Shown here: piece by piece, positions 34,208-47,692 of the stretch | How the letters are laid out: each line of letters opens with the position of its first letter | Position numbering within the stretch: the first letter of the stretch is position 1 | Origin: Minutocellus sp. GHC0000111 | Taxonomy: Eukaryota | Assembly: GCA_977018835.1 (NCBI GenBank) | Contig: OZ361260.1 | Span: 4,092,001 to 4,156,000 of the forward strand | Direction of reading: 5' to 3' | DNA: 64,000 nucleotides | Position numbers and translations under genes: made by a program | Notes under the pieces: generated by a model | What the model was told of the DNA's origin: nothing | Seen by the model: only the letters and a program-made list of their open reading frames with translations | The model's database searches: none

Positions 34208-36935
34208 CAGCTGGACAGAAAAAAACCTCGTGGTAGAAACACGTACTTTCGATTTTTTTAATACTATAAAGGTCCTTTACCTGTCCGAAAAAATGGACTA
34301 GTTCGACTCATGCTACACCTGATCTCGACCACACTTTTTCTCCTCTCTCCCGTCGATGCTGATCTCTGACTCCATTTCAACCATGAAAATGACATACCTC
34401 CACCAAGTTCGCCTCAGCATCTCTTCTCCGGTGTATGTGTCGTGGCCAGTGAGTCGTCACTCTGAGCCTCTCATTCCTGAAACTGACGAAAATCGACTTT
34501 CGGCGTTTGTCACCGGCCGACCTCGACATCCACGACGGCTACAATTGGAGAGAAAAGTAACGAAGGAGTCGAGTAAATGGGAGATAGACGACAATTGAAG
34601 GCATGAAAGATCGATTTAACGCAAGCGTGGGGCGATGGTGTGGTCGTGTTATTCAGTTCGGATGCATGATGGTAGCAAAACGCCGACGCCCTCCAAAAAT
34701 TCAACAATCTGATTTCGTCGTAAAACCAGTCCTCAGCATCATAATATGGCTACAGATGAGAACCAAGCCAGTATGGGGCACATTACAACTTTGGATATTT
34801 CTCTCCCGTGATACTACTGGGGCGATCGAAGCGCGTGCGAGACGGGTTGGGTGTCAGTAAGTGGATCATTTCGTTGGGGCTTTGTGGATTTGCCACAATT
34901 TTTTAGGCATTGGGATGGGCGTCAATATCAGATTATGTGCAATAGTGCTTGAAATTGGATAGAGAGGCGCTGATTCTCGTTCAATCCTGCCAAGGTGTGT
35001 ACTAAAGAATGGAAGTGCATGTGTTGATTTTATAGTTTGTGTTGGCAACCTATTGCATTCTCATGCAACAACAAGCAGAACCAAAACTTTCAGATTCTCC
35101 TCTCAACTTTTCCACCGCGATGCCACTTTCTCAATAGGTATACCTATCTACGCCAAATCGACGATAGCGAGGCTTCCGTTCGGACGCTATATACCTACGC
35201 TGAAGTCCGATAGCATTTTCCTGTCATTTGGTTCGATAGTTCGGCCAAACTATCTCATGTTGTCATTTTTGTAGGGTAACTTTTTTTGTGCTGGAAGGTC
35301 AAAAATACCAACATGACGATAGTTTGGGTTCATGCACGTCCATTCACTACACCAGTACCTTATTCCCACCTACATATGATATGAGGTGGCTCATTGGTGG
35401 AAAGTTTCGCGGGCTTGCTGCAAAGGTCGATGATGAGTATCTGAATGTTTCGTGGAGGTCGACGCCAGAATTCCTGGGGTGCTGATTCGAAATACCAATA
35501 TTGATACTGAACAACAATCAACCACAACTACTCAACGGGAAGGGCATTAAACAACGGTCCTTGGTATATCTGAGCGACCTCCATGCTCATGGAAGGACTT
35601 TTGTGCCGGTATGGGAAGTAATGGAGACAAATCAATGTGAAAATTCGACGATTTTATCATAAATTTCGGCGATCGTCGACCTCTACGAAGAGTCAGGGCT
35701 CATACCTCAACAAATAATCACGAACTGAATAGCGCTCGCATAGCACTTCACCTCAATATATATCTAGTACGAGGCTACGGATAGTAGCTGTTGAAGAATG
35801 ACTTACTTGGCTATTTGTTGACGTTACTAACATCTGAGAGCAAAGTCGGGCCCTGCGGCAGCCCCTTTGCAGCTACTACAGATGACTGTGGCTACTAAGC
35901 TTCACAGAGTAGACAAGTATACATCATCTACTAAAAAGTAACTTCTCTTATACATATGTAATGAGACTAATGCAAATAGAATACTCTTGGTTGAGTCCTT
36001 ATGCCGATCTATCATCATCCCCTGCCAGAAAGGTTGACTTCCTGCAATTTGGCTCAGAGGCCCATAAAAATTGAAAATAATCAATAGATTGATACCGATT
36101 TGTGGCAGAACCCCGATGAAACTCATCAAATATCGAAAGATATACAATACTAGGAGGCACCTGTATGGGAGTGATCACGAGTTTGCATGCACGGGACGAA
36201 TAGCATCAATTCCAAGTCTGCAATTCTATGCGCCTCCGATTCCAGCCAGTCTCACCAAGATGTACCATGTGTGCCAAAAAGACATGATGCATGCCCCCGT
36301 TCTTCACCACCAAGCAATTTCCAACGCTCATATACATGCAGGTAGCTGGCAGAACCAATGCATCCACGAAGAATGCATCTGCATCCAATTTATCGGTACC
36401 GGCAGGTCCAATTTGTGGTCAGATTTCGACCTCCACGAGACACAAATTGTAGCTGCATCCCCCACAGATGCTATGTTTGCAGCCCGTTTCCACGATAGAC
36501 TGCATTTTCTCAACCCCACATACCCATAGGACGGATGCAAAGCATAAAATCAGCTGTTGGGTCTATTCACATACGAACGAACCACCTCCAGATGACCGCC
36601 GGTTCCCAACCTTCATCGATTTTCGTCTGTTTTGGGCGCGTCGCAGAAATTTCGCGACGATTGCCTCAGAAACCGATTCTAGCCGCAGTTTTTCCGCCAA
36701 ACCATCGGCTAACACACACACCAAAACAATGATGCGAGAAACTGCAGCTAGCATCGACTTGGGAAGAACTTTTACGTAGGCCGAAGTCAAGGGATATGGA
36801 TTGATTCGAAGAAAGAAGTTTGCCTTGCTTCTGCCGTGTTGATTTGGGTGTGCGAGGCGCGATTATTAGGAAAACGGTCTGTCCATCGCATTAGTACCAG
36901 GCCTACGACAACTTTCAAAAAATTCTGTCCAGCTG
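34208..36935 (+). mobile_element. 2.7-kb TIR element nested in the gypsy 3' region; decayed coding interior
   Basis: 13-bp TIR CAGCTGGACAGAA with TA on both sides (34206-34207, 36936-36937); its left end recurs at 50787-50906. Confidence 0.8.
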
Positions 36936-37325
36936 TACAATTATGCACAGCAAGTATAAATAGACATCCAAGACAGATAATTTACGCTTAGCGAGGGGGA
37001 AAACCATGCTCCTTGCAACAGCTATGGTAAAAAACCCGAGGATGAGCGTCTTGGAGTCTCTTTGTTCTCTCTTCTTTCTCACATTGAGTGGTCTTTCTGT
37101 AAAATTAATGTAAATGTATTTTCCTGGCTTTGCCTAGGGATTTTGTGAGGTAAAAAAATATTTCTCATGACAATCTTCTCTTCTCACCGTCGCGCTTCGC
37201 GCTTCTTTCCGCGAGAGCTCTTAAACATTTTGTGCTAGCTTTGACCTCCTTAATCATGTCCGGCTGGGACTCTAGAGCTAAGCTTAAGGCGTCCCTTGCG
37301 CCATCTTTGCTGCTAGTAGCCATGC

Positions 37326-38210
37326 CTATTCCTCATGATAGGGCCTTATTCTCCGGATGTTTATGCGCTCAAATACGGCGCCTCCACGCATGGTCCTTCT
37401 TATGGTTACCGTTCCATTATTCCACACGTTAGTAATCTCGTATGGGCCTTCAAATGGTCTTTGTAGCGTGGGAGAGATCTCTTTTTTATTGCTAGGGTTT
37501 CCTGATGCCTTTAGCACTTTGTCCCCTACCTTGTATTCGTGGGGTACCCTTTTAGCATTTTCTCTTGCGTTGTTCTCAGAGGCTATCTTTTGCCTTCTGG
37601 TCTGCATGTAGTGCCAGTCCACCACATGTATGTCCCTGCCAAAGACTAATTGTCCTGGGGTGGCTCTCATGGTAGTACTCCAGGTAGACCTAATAGCGAA
37701 GGAAATAGCTGAGATTATTCCTTCTAGTGGGTCCATAGGCGGCGGCAGTAGGTAGCAGTCTTCTAGATCGAAGGCTCTTAGCATGTTGCCTATTACCTGA
37801 TGCACGCGCTCTACTATCGCGTTGGCTTGAGGGTTAGCTGTGGTAATCAGCTTAAGTTTGATGCCATACTCTTCCCTAAGATTCCTCTCAAAGAAATGGC
37901 CTACAAACTCTCCTCCTCTGTCCGCAATAATAATTTGAGGCCTCGGATACCTGTTGAGCCAAGCTATTTCTAGGAGATTTGTTATGGTTTCTGGGGTTCC
38001 GTCGTCGTAGGATTTCATTTCGAACCACCCAGTTACCGGATCTATCATGGTCATTACCTGGAACTTAAGCTTGGTTCCATCTTTCCTCTTAATAGTTTTT
38101 GGACCGTATAGATCTATATGTAAGGTCTCCCGTGGCTTGGTTTCCACCTGCTTTGCAGGAAGCTGTCCGTAGTGCCTGCTAGTCTTTTTAGCCTTTTTTT
38201 TCTGCAACTG
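37326..38210 (-). pseudogene. Gypsy integrase lacking the N-terminal HHCC zinc finger
   Basis: LHIDLYGP, IIADRGGEF, NPQANAIVERVH and the GPY motif RPFEGPYEI. Confidence 0.9.
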
Positions 38211-39922
38211 CGCCGATCTGCTTGTCGCTGGCGTCAGTGTGCACATCAAATGGCTTGTTAAAGTCCGGGTAGGTAAGCATTGTTTCCTTAGTAATTTTCC
38301 TTTTAATCTCATCGAAGGCCTTTTGTTCAACCTCAGTCCATTTAAATGGCACATTTCTAGAGGTGAGCCTAGTGAGAGGCGCTAGCATTTTTGACCTGCC
38401 TGGCCACATTTCCTTTTGAAAATTAATCATTCCAATAAATCGCCTCAATTGCGTGCGATTAGTGGGTGGTAAAATTGCTTTAATCGCCTCCACCTTGTTG
38501 GGCACTGGCCTAATACCTTTTCTATTAACAATAAAGCCTAGGTACTCAAGCTCAGTCTGACCAAAGAATGATTTCATGGCGTTGACCTTAAGTCCATTAA
38601 CTGACAGGAGTTTAAGCACTGTGTCGATTGCTTTACAGTGCTCCTCCCAGCTGCCCTTGGTAATAATTAGAACATCATCTAGGTAGCATCTAACAAAGGG
38701 TAGGTGGCCGAGGAGTTCATTCATCCTTTCTTGAAAGATGTCTCCTGCTACACAAATACCCATTGGTAGTACTTGATATTCATATTTACCCCAAGGTAGG
38801 ACTATGGTGCACTTCTTTTTGCTTGGACCGTCCAGGGGCATTTGGTAGTAACCTTGGATTAAATCTAGGGATGTGCCGTACATAAATCCTTCTAGAGTCT
38901 GAAGGGTGTGCTGGATTTTAGGCACCGGGTACGGATGGCGCACTAAACATTCGTTTAGTTTCCTAAAATCTGACACTACTCTAGCTTTTGGCGTAGTTTC
39001 TCCTGGATTTAATTTCTTGGGCACTATAAATGTAGGCGCTGCCCATTCAGATCGGTTTACTTGTCTAAGCACCCTTCTCTGTACTAATTGCATAACTTCC
39101 TTTTTGACGGTTTCCTCATAAATTTTAGGTATAGTGTAGGGCCTCGCATGATAAGGTTTAACATTCGGATCCTTGAGGGTAACTTTAATAGGGCCCATCT
39201 TCCAAGCTCCTAGATTACCATCAAATAAGGATTCGTGCTGCTTAAGAGTGCGCAGAAGTAGGTCTCTTTGCGAATTGTTTAAATCTTTGCAATTTTGCAC
39301 CACTTTGTTTAGATCTGCTGGCTCGACTTTCCAATATCCTCGTCATTCGCGAGACTAGTGCTTGTGATGCCTCGCTTTCAAAGGATTCAAAAATAGCCTG
39401 ATCTTTTAAGGTTGGTACTACGTCTTGCAGTGTGTTTCTATCGCGCATGGGGACCGTAGCTCCTTCAAATTCTGTCTCGCAGCTGCTAAATTTAATGTTC
39501 ATGCCGAGTTCCTGTAGGAATTCCCTACCTATAACCATGTCATAGGGACTGCCGGTGTTTAATTCACTGGTGTCTAGGTGTACTAGGTATTCAAACTTAG
39601 GCTTTGTGGTAAATTCTGGTAGCATAAATCTAATGCTGGCGACACCGGTGGTGTTAAAATACCCTGCCCTAGTTTGCCACCTAGTTCCCGCTGTATTGGG
39701 CTCTCTCATCACAATGTTAACAAGATATTGCCTAAATTCGGCTGGCAGTGATTTAATTCTAAGGAAGCTGTGAGAGCTACCCGAGTCAATTAAACACATC
39801 ACCGGGTGGAATTTATCTCTATCTGTTTTGATGAGTGCCACTAGTACCGGTACATAATTCGGCGTCCTTAATTGCATAATTCGGCGCATAGAGCGAGTAG
39901 TAGTATCTAGTGCTCTTTGCAT
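38188..39922 (-). pseudogene. Gypsy protease + reverse transcriptase + truncated RNase H (frameshift near 39320)
   Basis: CLIDSGSS, SDFRKLN, YQVLPMG, YLDD and HTDASDKQIGAV, followed directly by integrase sequence. Confidence 0.92.
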
Positions 39923-40248
39923 GGGCCCGATGGCCGTGCTATCTAAATCATTACTGGATTTTCGTCCTTTTTGAGGGTATTTGTGTTTTTGTTGAACGTC
40001 TTTATTTGATTTTTTATATTTTTTGTTTGTTTTTTATGGCCATCCTCGATGGCATATGATTCACATATATTTTTATCGGCTTTCTTTTTGTGTATTTTTT
40101 GATGGAACGTGTTGCCGTATGTATTTTTCTCGCTCTTATGCATTTTTGTGGTATTTTTCTTGGTGTTGAATGAAGTAGGGCATACATATTTTGCTATCCG
40201 ATGGCCGGCCCTAATCAGTCCTCGGATAAGCCTACTATTGCGTATGCA

Positions 40249-41370
40249 TCAGAAACCGATGTCCGAGTCGGCTTCGTTTGGATTGGGCTGCTGCTCAATC
40301 ACATTCGCCTCCCGCCGAAAGGCCCTCCGCTGATTTCTCTGGAACTGCGGCCTAAAGGGTCTTTGGACAGGATCGAAACCAGGCCTAAACATAGGCCTCT
40401 GCGTCGCCTGCGGGGGCATTGCATTCTGGGCCTCCCGTCTCACTGCGTTCCGAAAATTTCCGCGATCATGTCGCCGCTGATCTCCGTCGCGCACGGGAGC
40501 CTGCCGATGAGGGGGAATTACTTGTCCACGCCCTCGCGCACCCCTACGGGTCGCAGCCAAGCGCCTAGCGCTGCCTTGGCCTGGCATCCGGCTCAACCAC
40601 TCTTGCTGCGCATTCCCGCCGGTGACGCTCTCCGAAATTTGCTGGGCCGCTTCGAATCTCGCATACATCGCTACTTGACTGCGGAAGTTCATGTCGTAAG
40701 GCCGCACGGAAAGGCACGGGCATCGATTTTTCGAAAATATCTTTCTTCGCTTCGTCATCGAGGTTGAGGCTGTCCGTACCAAATACCGTCTCATATTTTG
40801 CCACGATATCTTCCAAACGGTTGGCAAAGGCCTGAACTGTCATGTTCCAGGGTTTCTGAAAGGCAGGGCCTCGCAGAAAGGAAAGCTGCCGAGCGCGATG
40901 ATTTCTGCCGAACAATAATTCTCCGAGATCTTGAAGCGCTCCTCTGACATGCACGGTCGTGACCGCGCCGCGCTCGCGAAGATAGGCCTCGAAGTTACGC
41001 TTCGCGGAACCTGTTCGACGATCGCCTTACGACCGGGTCCGTTTCCGATTGCGAGACCATCCCATACACTCACGAAATTTGCGACGGCCTCCGAATATTC
41101 CTCCGGCTTGCTATCACTTTCGCTTCCAGCTCCGAACTTCGGAAAGGCTTTTTTCACTTCCGGAGCTCCAGGGACTCCCGGCTGAACAGAAAGCTTATAC
41201 GTGACCATCCGATCTGATGAGACGTGTTTCTCCGAAGGCGGATCTCTAGGAATAGGCGGAACAGATGCCAATGAGCGCAGCATCTGCAGCTGCTTCAAGT
41301 TGGCACCACTTCTCATACGACCCTCATGATTATCTGACACAACCTTAGGCCAAAGACAAATGAAATGCAA
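40249..41370 (-). pseudogene. Gag-like region in three frameshifted pieces
   Basis: Upstream of protease. FQKPWNMTVQAFANRL resembles the gag Q...E.V..Y..R motif; R/Q/P-rich tail. Confidence 0.6.
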
Positions 41371-41372
41371 CC

Positions 41373-41903
41373 TTAGGCTTTTCGGAGTTTCTTCAATTTC
41401 TCCGATTTCTGAGCGTCCGCTTTCTGCGCGGCTGCAATCTGCTGGTTGATGGCGTCTACGTCGGCCTGCAACTCTTCGGTTGACTTGCGCTTCAGGCTTA
41501 CGACTTGCGCTGTCGCTTTCGCTGCTTCCGTACCAATGGACTCAATTACCTGGCTGGGAATCCACTCGTCGTCGCTGTCGTCCTCCTCCGATGTGTCCAG
41601 CTCGTACTGCTGCTGATAGGCCGAACAAAAACCGGGGGCGTGACGTCCCTTCTTTGCTACGCGCTCTTTCGAGTCGTCCACTACGGCCCGAGTCACCGAG
41701 AGAATGACGCTCGCAAGGAATGCCGGCGAGGATTTGCTTAGCCAGAATTTATTTGGTGTCTTGGCCTGACCGCATGCTTCAGCGAATTTCTTAATCGATC
41801 TGCGGATGCCAAGGTCTTTGTAGAGATAGGCTGTGTCAATGTGCTCAATGAGAATGCCAGTTTGTACGTGATGACCAAGTTCCTCTTTGTCCGATGGATT
41901 CAT
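41373..41903 (-). CDS. Extra 5' ORF of the gypsy element, unknown function
   Basis: 176-aa ATG ORF between the 5' LTR and gag, with an acidic patch and coiled-coil/basic tail. Confidence 0.55.
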   Translation of the reverse strand: MNPSDKEELGHHVQTGILIEHIDTAYLYKDLGIRRSIKKFAEACGQAKTPNKFWLSKSSPAFLASVILSVTRAVVDDSKERVAKKGRHAPGFCSAYQQQYELDTSEEDDSDDEWIPSQVIESIGTEAAKATAQVVSLKRKSTEELQADVDAINQQIAAAQKADAQKSEKLKKLRKA

Positions 41904-41956
41904 AATAATACTAACAATACAACCCTATCACCTTGAATGTGGGTATGTCGATATAA

Positions 41957-42417
41957 TGCACAAGGCTAGATGCGTTGACTACTGGAGTTCACTATGAAAT
42001 AGGATAAATACTGTAAGAGTTGTTTTTGTTCAATTGGCTTCACTAAGATGCACTTGCTCGAATTGTGAGCTCTACACATATTCCAAACCGAGGAGGAATG
42101 GCCAAGAAGGTGTCAACTCTCCTTGACAACTTGACAATGGGGGTCAGGTGTTGACAATGGGGTGTGACATCCTATGTCAACCAGACCTCTTGACGCCGAG
42201 AACTGTTCTGTTCCTAAGGCTTAATTAATCCAATGATGTTCTTGTAGCCTATCTCTATCAGATGGCATCTGTTCTAGACATGCCCTCCGGGCTATAGATC
42301 TAGTCCTACAAGTAAAGGCTTCTAAGAATCCGGATCAATTATTTATCACAAAGGTCTGTCTGTCAACGGAAGTATGGATTATCGGTTGACGGACGGACCA
42401 TCTCTCGTCGTGCTGAA
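41957..42417 (-). repeat. 5' LTR (outer end ragged)
   Basis: Direct repeat of 33686-34155. Confidence 0.9.
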
Positions 42418-43353
42418 CGCAATGTTGTTTTGGTTTCTTCGTCGGAAGTAAAAGTCCCATTTTGAAAACAGGACACATAGAGGCGTTGATGATGTGAGGA
42501 GGTAGGTGATTGTTCAACATAGAGGGAGAAAGAGTGATAGATAGAGATGCTATTTTTTGGCCGCGGGTCGCATCGCAGAGGCTGAGGAATGAGGCAGCAA
42601 GAAGAAGTTCACTGTGAAATAGACGGAGGAGAGATTTGCAGAATCAGTGGCAGCAGGTGTTACCGCCTGGAGTCAAGAATGCAAGTTCATTGATTGATTG
42701 GTGGTGGTGTGGTCCGTCCATGAAACAGGCAGGATATTTTTTGGTAGATCTAGTGCACGGCGTGCATGAGATCTAGCTACAGATGTAGATCTAACACCGG
42801 TAAAACCTGATTGCTGACCGACCAAACGCAACTGCATGGTTCTGTGAATCCTAAAAATGCATCGAATCCACATGGGTCTATGCCGTACCGGTACGTAGAT
42901 GCATAGACGTGCACAGCGAGGGCTCGCCAAGCGTGCCACCAGCCAGCCTGCAGCCAACCGCCGCCACCCAACCGGTCTGACCGACGCGACTAAAAAACGA
43001 CCACCTTGAGTGCTTCCACGTGTAGATCTTTACGGCGGCCTTTCGGAAATTTCGACCGAGAGAGTTGTGCAACATGAGGGTGTTTGTGCACACAAATTGA
43101 AACTGAATATAAGTAGGACGGTGAAATGACAATGACTTGGATGCAGACCCATAATTTTGACCAAACTTTTGAATTTTTGTTCTCAGTTCATAAGCCTGCC
43201 AATTGGCAAGCTAAGACGTGTTAGTGTGCTGGCGGCCAAAGACAGCTCAAAACTTCCGCCGAAGTTGCCAATTTGCCAATTGCTGTCTCAATCTCCATGC
43301 TTAGTAGACCTGCTGCTAGATCTAGTCCGCCACTTGCGAATTCTTGTTGGAAC

Positions 43354-44236
<883 letters not shown>

Positions 44237-44463
44237 TCAACGAGCGTCAAGGATGCTAAACCAACACATTCAGGGCAACTAGTGCATTGATGCATTAGAA
44301 TTCTTCACATTGCCAGGTGTGTAAAAAAGACGTTGTTACGTGTAGGGTCACCACATGTTTCTTATGTGTAATAAATGAAGCATTTGTACTGCTCCAGTTA
44401 GCACCATGCTCTCTTCCATTGTCGGGGTTCATGATGCCATTGCCTGTGGTTTCTTTTAAGAAA

Positions 44464-45216
44464 TCACTTCCTTTTCCATCCACTCTTACGTTGGGCATTT
44501 AGTTTCCTCCTAGCATCGAGTCCCTTTCGTCGTTCTGCTGCCAAATCACCAACCTCGTGTGGCGACCGAAAGTCGAATGGCGTGAGAATTTCTTCGAGCT
44601 TTGATATGTTGTTCATATATGCTGTTTCATAAAGTCTGTGCCAAAAGCATCCCAACGCACAACCAAGGGCAAATCCAGCATGAACCTGATTCGGCGTGTG
44701 ATGTCCCAGATGGACTCTTGAGTAGGAGCATCCAACAGCGATGGCCCAAGCTCCAATTGGCGGCGCCCACCGTTTGATTGATTTGGCAATCACTGATCCT
44801 TGCATTTTGTCGCATCTTCGCATCGCAAACAGCAATGCAAACGCTGCCGCAAATGCAACAAATGCAGCATGATTCGATGGCATCCCCTCCTCCTGACTTG
44901 ATGGCACATGCAGCAGGCTACTCACAAGAGCGTCATCGCTACTTTGCCCTTCGTCATCGCCGGCATTGGCAGAGCCAAAGACATGACCAGGACGCTTGTG
45001 GTCAATTACTTTCTTGAGGATCGTGCTAATGATCGATGTAACGATTAGCCCTACCACCAGCACAAAGGCGGCTCGCAAATCTCTGCCCACTGCAATCATT
45101 GTCGTCAGGGACACCACGCAAAAGGGCGGAGACAGCGAAAGGAGGGCCCAGAATGGACCCAGTGCGTCATCGCTCGAATAGACAACATGCGTCAACGAGA
45201 AGGGCTTGAGTGGCAT
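44464..45216 (-). CDS. DOLPP1: Dolichyldiphosphatase (PAP2 family), open-frame copy
   Basis: LTHVVY N-terminus; K.....RP, GMPSNH and YSRV.LG.HT..QV PAP2 motifs. Confidence 0.85.
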   Translation of the reverse strand: MPLKPFSLTHVVYSSDDALGPFWALLSLSPPFCVVSLTTMIAVGRDLRAAFVLVVGLIVTSIISTILKKVIDHKRPGHVFGSANAGDDEGQSSDDALVSSLLHVPSSQEEGMPSNHAAFVAFAAAFALLFAMRRCDKMQGSVIAKSIKRWAPPIGAWAIAVGCSYSRVHLGHHTPNQVHAGFALGCALGCFWHRLYETAYMNNISKLEEILTPFDFRSPHEVGDLAAERRKGLDARRKLNAQRKSGWKRK

Positions 45217-45440
45217 TGTGCTAAATGGAATGGACTTTGCTCAGAGTTGCAGACTGCCTCAATCGCCGCACTCTTCCGCCAGTGTTCATCACTCGCTTCG
45301 TCAAGCAAGTAAGCGGCCAACTCTTCGTCATTTGGTGGGGCGGCGTACAGACAACATCATGAAAAACAAATCAAGCAATCATCAAAGAACAACCCCAACC
45401 ATATCTTCTCATTCGAAGCAACAGCATCGACCGAACAAAG

Positions 45441-46084
45441 ATGGCACACCAGCACTTCCGCACCGCTGTTGTTTGTGTTATCATGCTTTCTTGCGAGGTT
45501 ATTTCATTTTCGCCGGCCCAAAATACGTGGTTTTCTCATCATTGGACAAGGGCAGGTGTCACCAAAAGAGACGAACGAGAATCCCGACACAAACGAAAGT
45601 CAATAGCGACCTATCAAGACGAAGCATACGAAATGTTCCTCTCAAACATCGAAAAGGATATGATTGAAAGCTGGAAAGAACAGATGGAACGGTCAATGGC
45701 AGACGAAGTTCCCAGTTTTGGGCTTGATACTGCATTTGGTGGCAAGATACAACGAAATTATGATGATGACGACGACAACGAAGAGGAAAGCACAGTCGCC
45801 ACACTAGAATCAGAAATCGACGGTGCCAACTCGAAAGAATTCTTGCTGTCGCTACCAACCAGTAAGCTGAAAGAACGGTTAAGAGAAGCGGGACTCCCAA
45901 TTGAGGGCAACAACAAGATTGATTTAGTTCGACGTCTTTTGGGAGTAGAGGGAGAACCAAGTACAGAAGATTTTTTGTCGACTCTAACATCTGATCAGCT
46001 GCGAGAGAGATGCGCGAAGCTGGGCTACCAATAACGGGTCAAAAAATAAAACTCGTCGATCGCTTGCTGGGCAACTGCGAGTAG
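45441..46084 (+). CDS. Signal-peptide protein with two C-terminal SAP-like domains (apparent 1-bp deletion near 46023)
   Basis: LKERLREAGLPIEGNNKIDLVRRL and, after frame repair, LRERCAKLGLPITGQKIKLVDRL. Confidence 0.75.
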
Positions 46085-46313
46085 AACGTTTGCGTTCATC
46101 GAAATCCCCACGCCATTCGCCTGAATGAGTTTTCACGTACGTGAAGGTTGCAAGATGTACGAAATGCGAAGATCCAGAAGAGAAGCAACAGCAATTATTT
46201 TTTGCGTAGGCTTGTTGTATCTATACATAGTACTAGTATACATTTTCAACAAAATCCGGCAGAAGTATACACCATCATTGATCTCGTCGTTTTCCCGCGT
46301 GTCTTCCTTCAAC

Positions 46314-47480
46314 TTATTCATCATCAATCTTTGCCCTTTTGACATCGGGTCCTTCACTGTCACCACTCTTTTCCTCTTCATCGTCTCGTTCGGCCAGCAT
46401 ATTGCCCACGCCGCCGAGCATCTGGGCACAGAAGCATACATTCTCCTTCTCCGTTGCAAACTCCTTGGACTCCTCCTCGGCCACTCCGGCCGCCGTCCGA
46501 GGTGCCATCCGCCCCATGATGTAGACCGTCTCCTGCAGCTCATCTCGCGCCTGATCGTAGTACCCCTGGGCATAATCCATGAGCTCCCCGGCCTTGACCA
46601 GCACATCGCCACTTTCCCTCAAAATGGCATCCTCCCCGATGGGACAGTTCAGCAAGGCCTCGGCCACGAGGACGTTGGCCTCGCACAGCAGGCGGCGGGC
46701 GCGGAGGAAGTCCATCCCGATCTCCTCGACGCCCTCCCCGCCCTTGTCGTCGCTGAGGTCGCGCAGGGCGTCCTCTTGATGCCGCACCTTGCGGGTGTAG
46801 ACGTCGACGGCGTCGGGGTAGCGACCGAGGGCCGAAAGGACGTCGCCGATGCCCCCGAGGACGCGCGGTAGCTGCTCTTCCACCCAGGATACGAGCGACT
46901 TGTCGTTGCTGTCGTTGTTGCTGTTTTCCGTCTTTTCCTTGCCCGATGCGTTGTCTTCCTCCCGGGTATCGTCCTCGTCAAAGGCTTCGCTGTAGTACTG
47001 ATCGTAGATGGCAAATGCATTCTCCATCAGCTCGAGGGCAAGTTCTTCGTCGGTGATGTCCCTTCGATCGCTATCGGCCTCTTCCTCTTTTGGTGATGTT
47101 TGGTGTTGTGCCTCTTTTTCTTCACCCATCTTCGTGTCTGCATTGTCAGTTGACTCCGTGTCAGCAGTTGTGGCAGCGGCGGCGGCTCTTTTTCAGCCGC
47201 CTCGGCCGCTGCTCCCCTCGAATCGTGTTTAGGCCTCATTGTTGTTTCCCTGCTCGTATCTGCACCTCCGGCATCGTCCATAACCTCCATGTTATCGGCT
47301 TTTCGCTTCTCGACCGCCCGGAACAGACTGTTGCCGTACTCGTAGTAGACGGCGGCGGCATCGACGGAATCCTCCCCGTACTTCGACCGGGCCTCCTCGA
47401 CGAGGGTGGGCCCGGTACCGCGGATCGGACGTGATGGAAGGAGCGGGCTGGATCTGCGACGTTGGGCTGGCCGTCGACAT
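46314..47480 (-). CDS. NASP: NASP/Hif1-like SHNi-TPR histone chaperone (two apparent frameshifts)
   Basis: KYGEDSVDAAAVYYEYGNSLF, acidic insertion, ELALELMENAFAIY, further TPRs and C-terminal KRAK NLS. Confidence 0.7.
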
Positions 47481-47692
47481 TGCTTGGCTGGTTGCTGTTG
47501 TTAGTTGGATGGGAATGATCGGTTGTCGTTTACAAGTCGTAAAATAATGTGAAATCATAGATGGAAGCAAGCGACGTTTTTATTGGTTTGTTGGTTTGTT
47601 TCATACCAATTGGTCATGCAGCTCGATTTGACTGCATGATGCATTTTCATGCCTGCTCACAATTTCTCCGCCCTCGCCTTCCACCCCCGCGC

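Larger units (their letters stand above)
33686..42417 (-). mobile_element. Ty3/gypsy LTR retrotransposon, defective, with 5-bp TSD CGCAA
   Basis: Direct LTRs; TSD at 33681-33685 and 42418-42422; domain order gag-PR-RT-RH-IN; purine tract GAAGAAGGAGGCGTG next to the 3' LTR. Confidence 0.95.

Noticed and set aside
34156..37325. An env-like third ORF in the long gypsy 3' region
   Set aside because: The extra length is explained by a nested TA-flanked TIR element; no signal peptide/TM ORF on the element strand.
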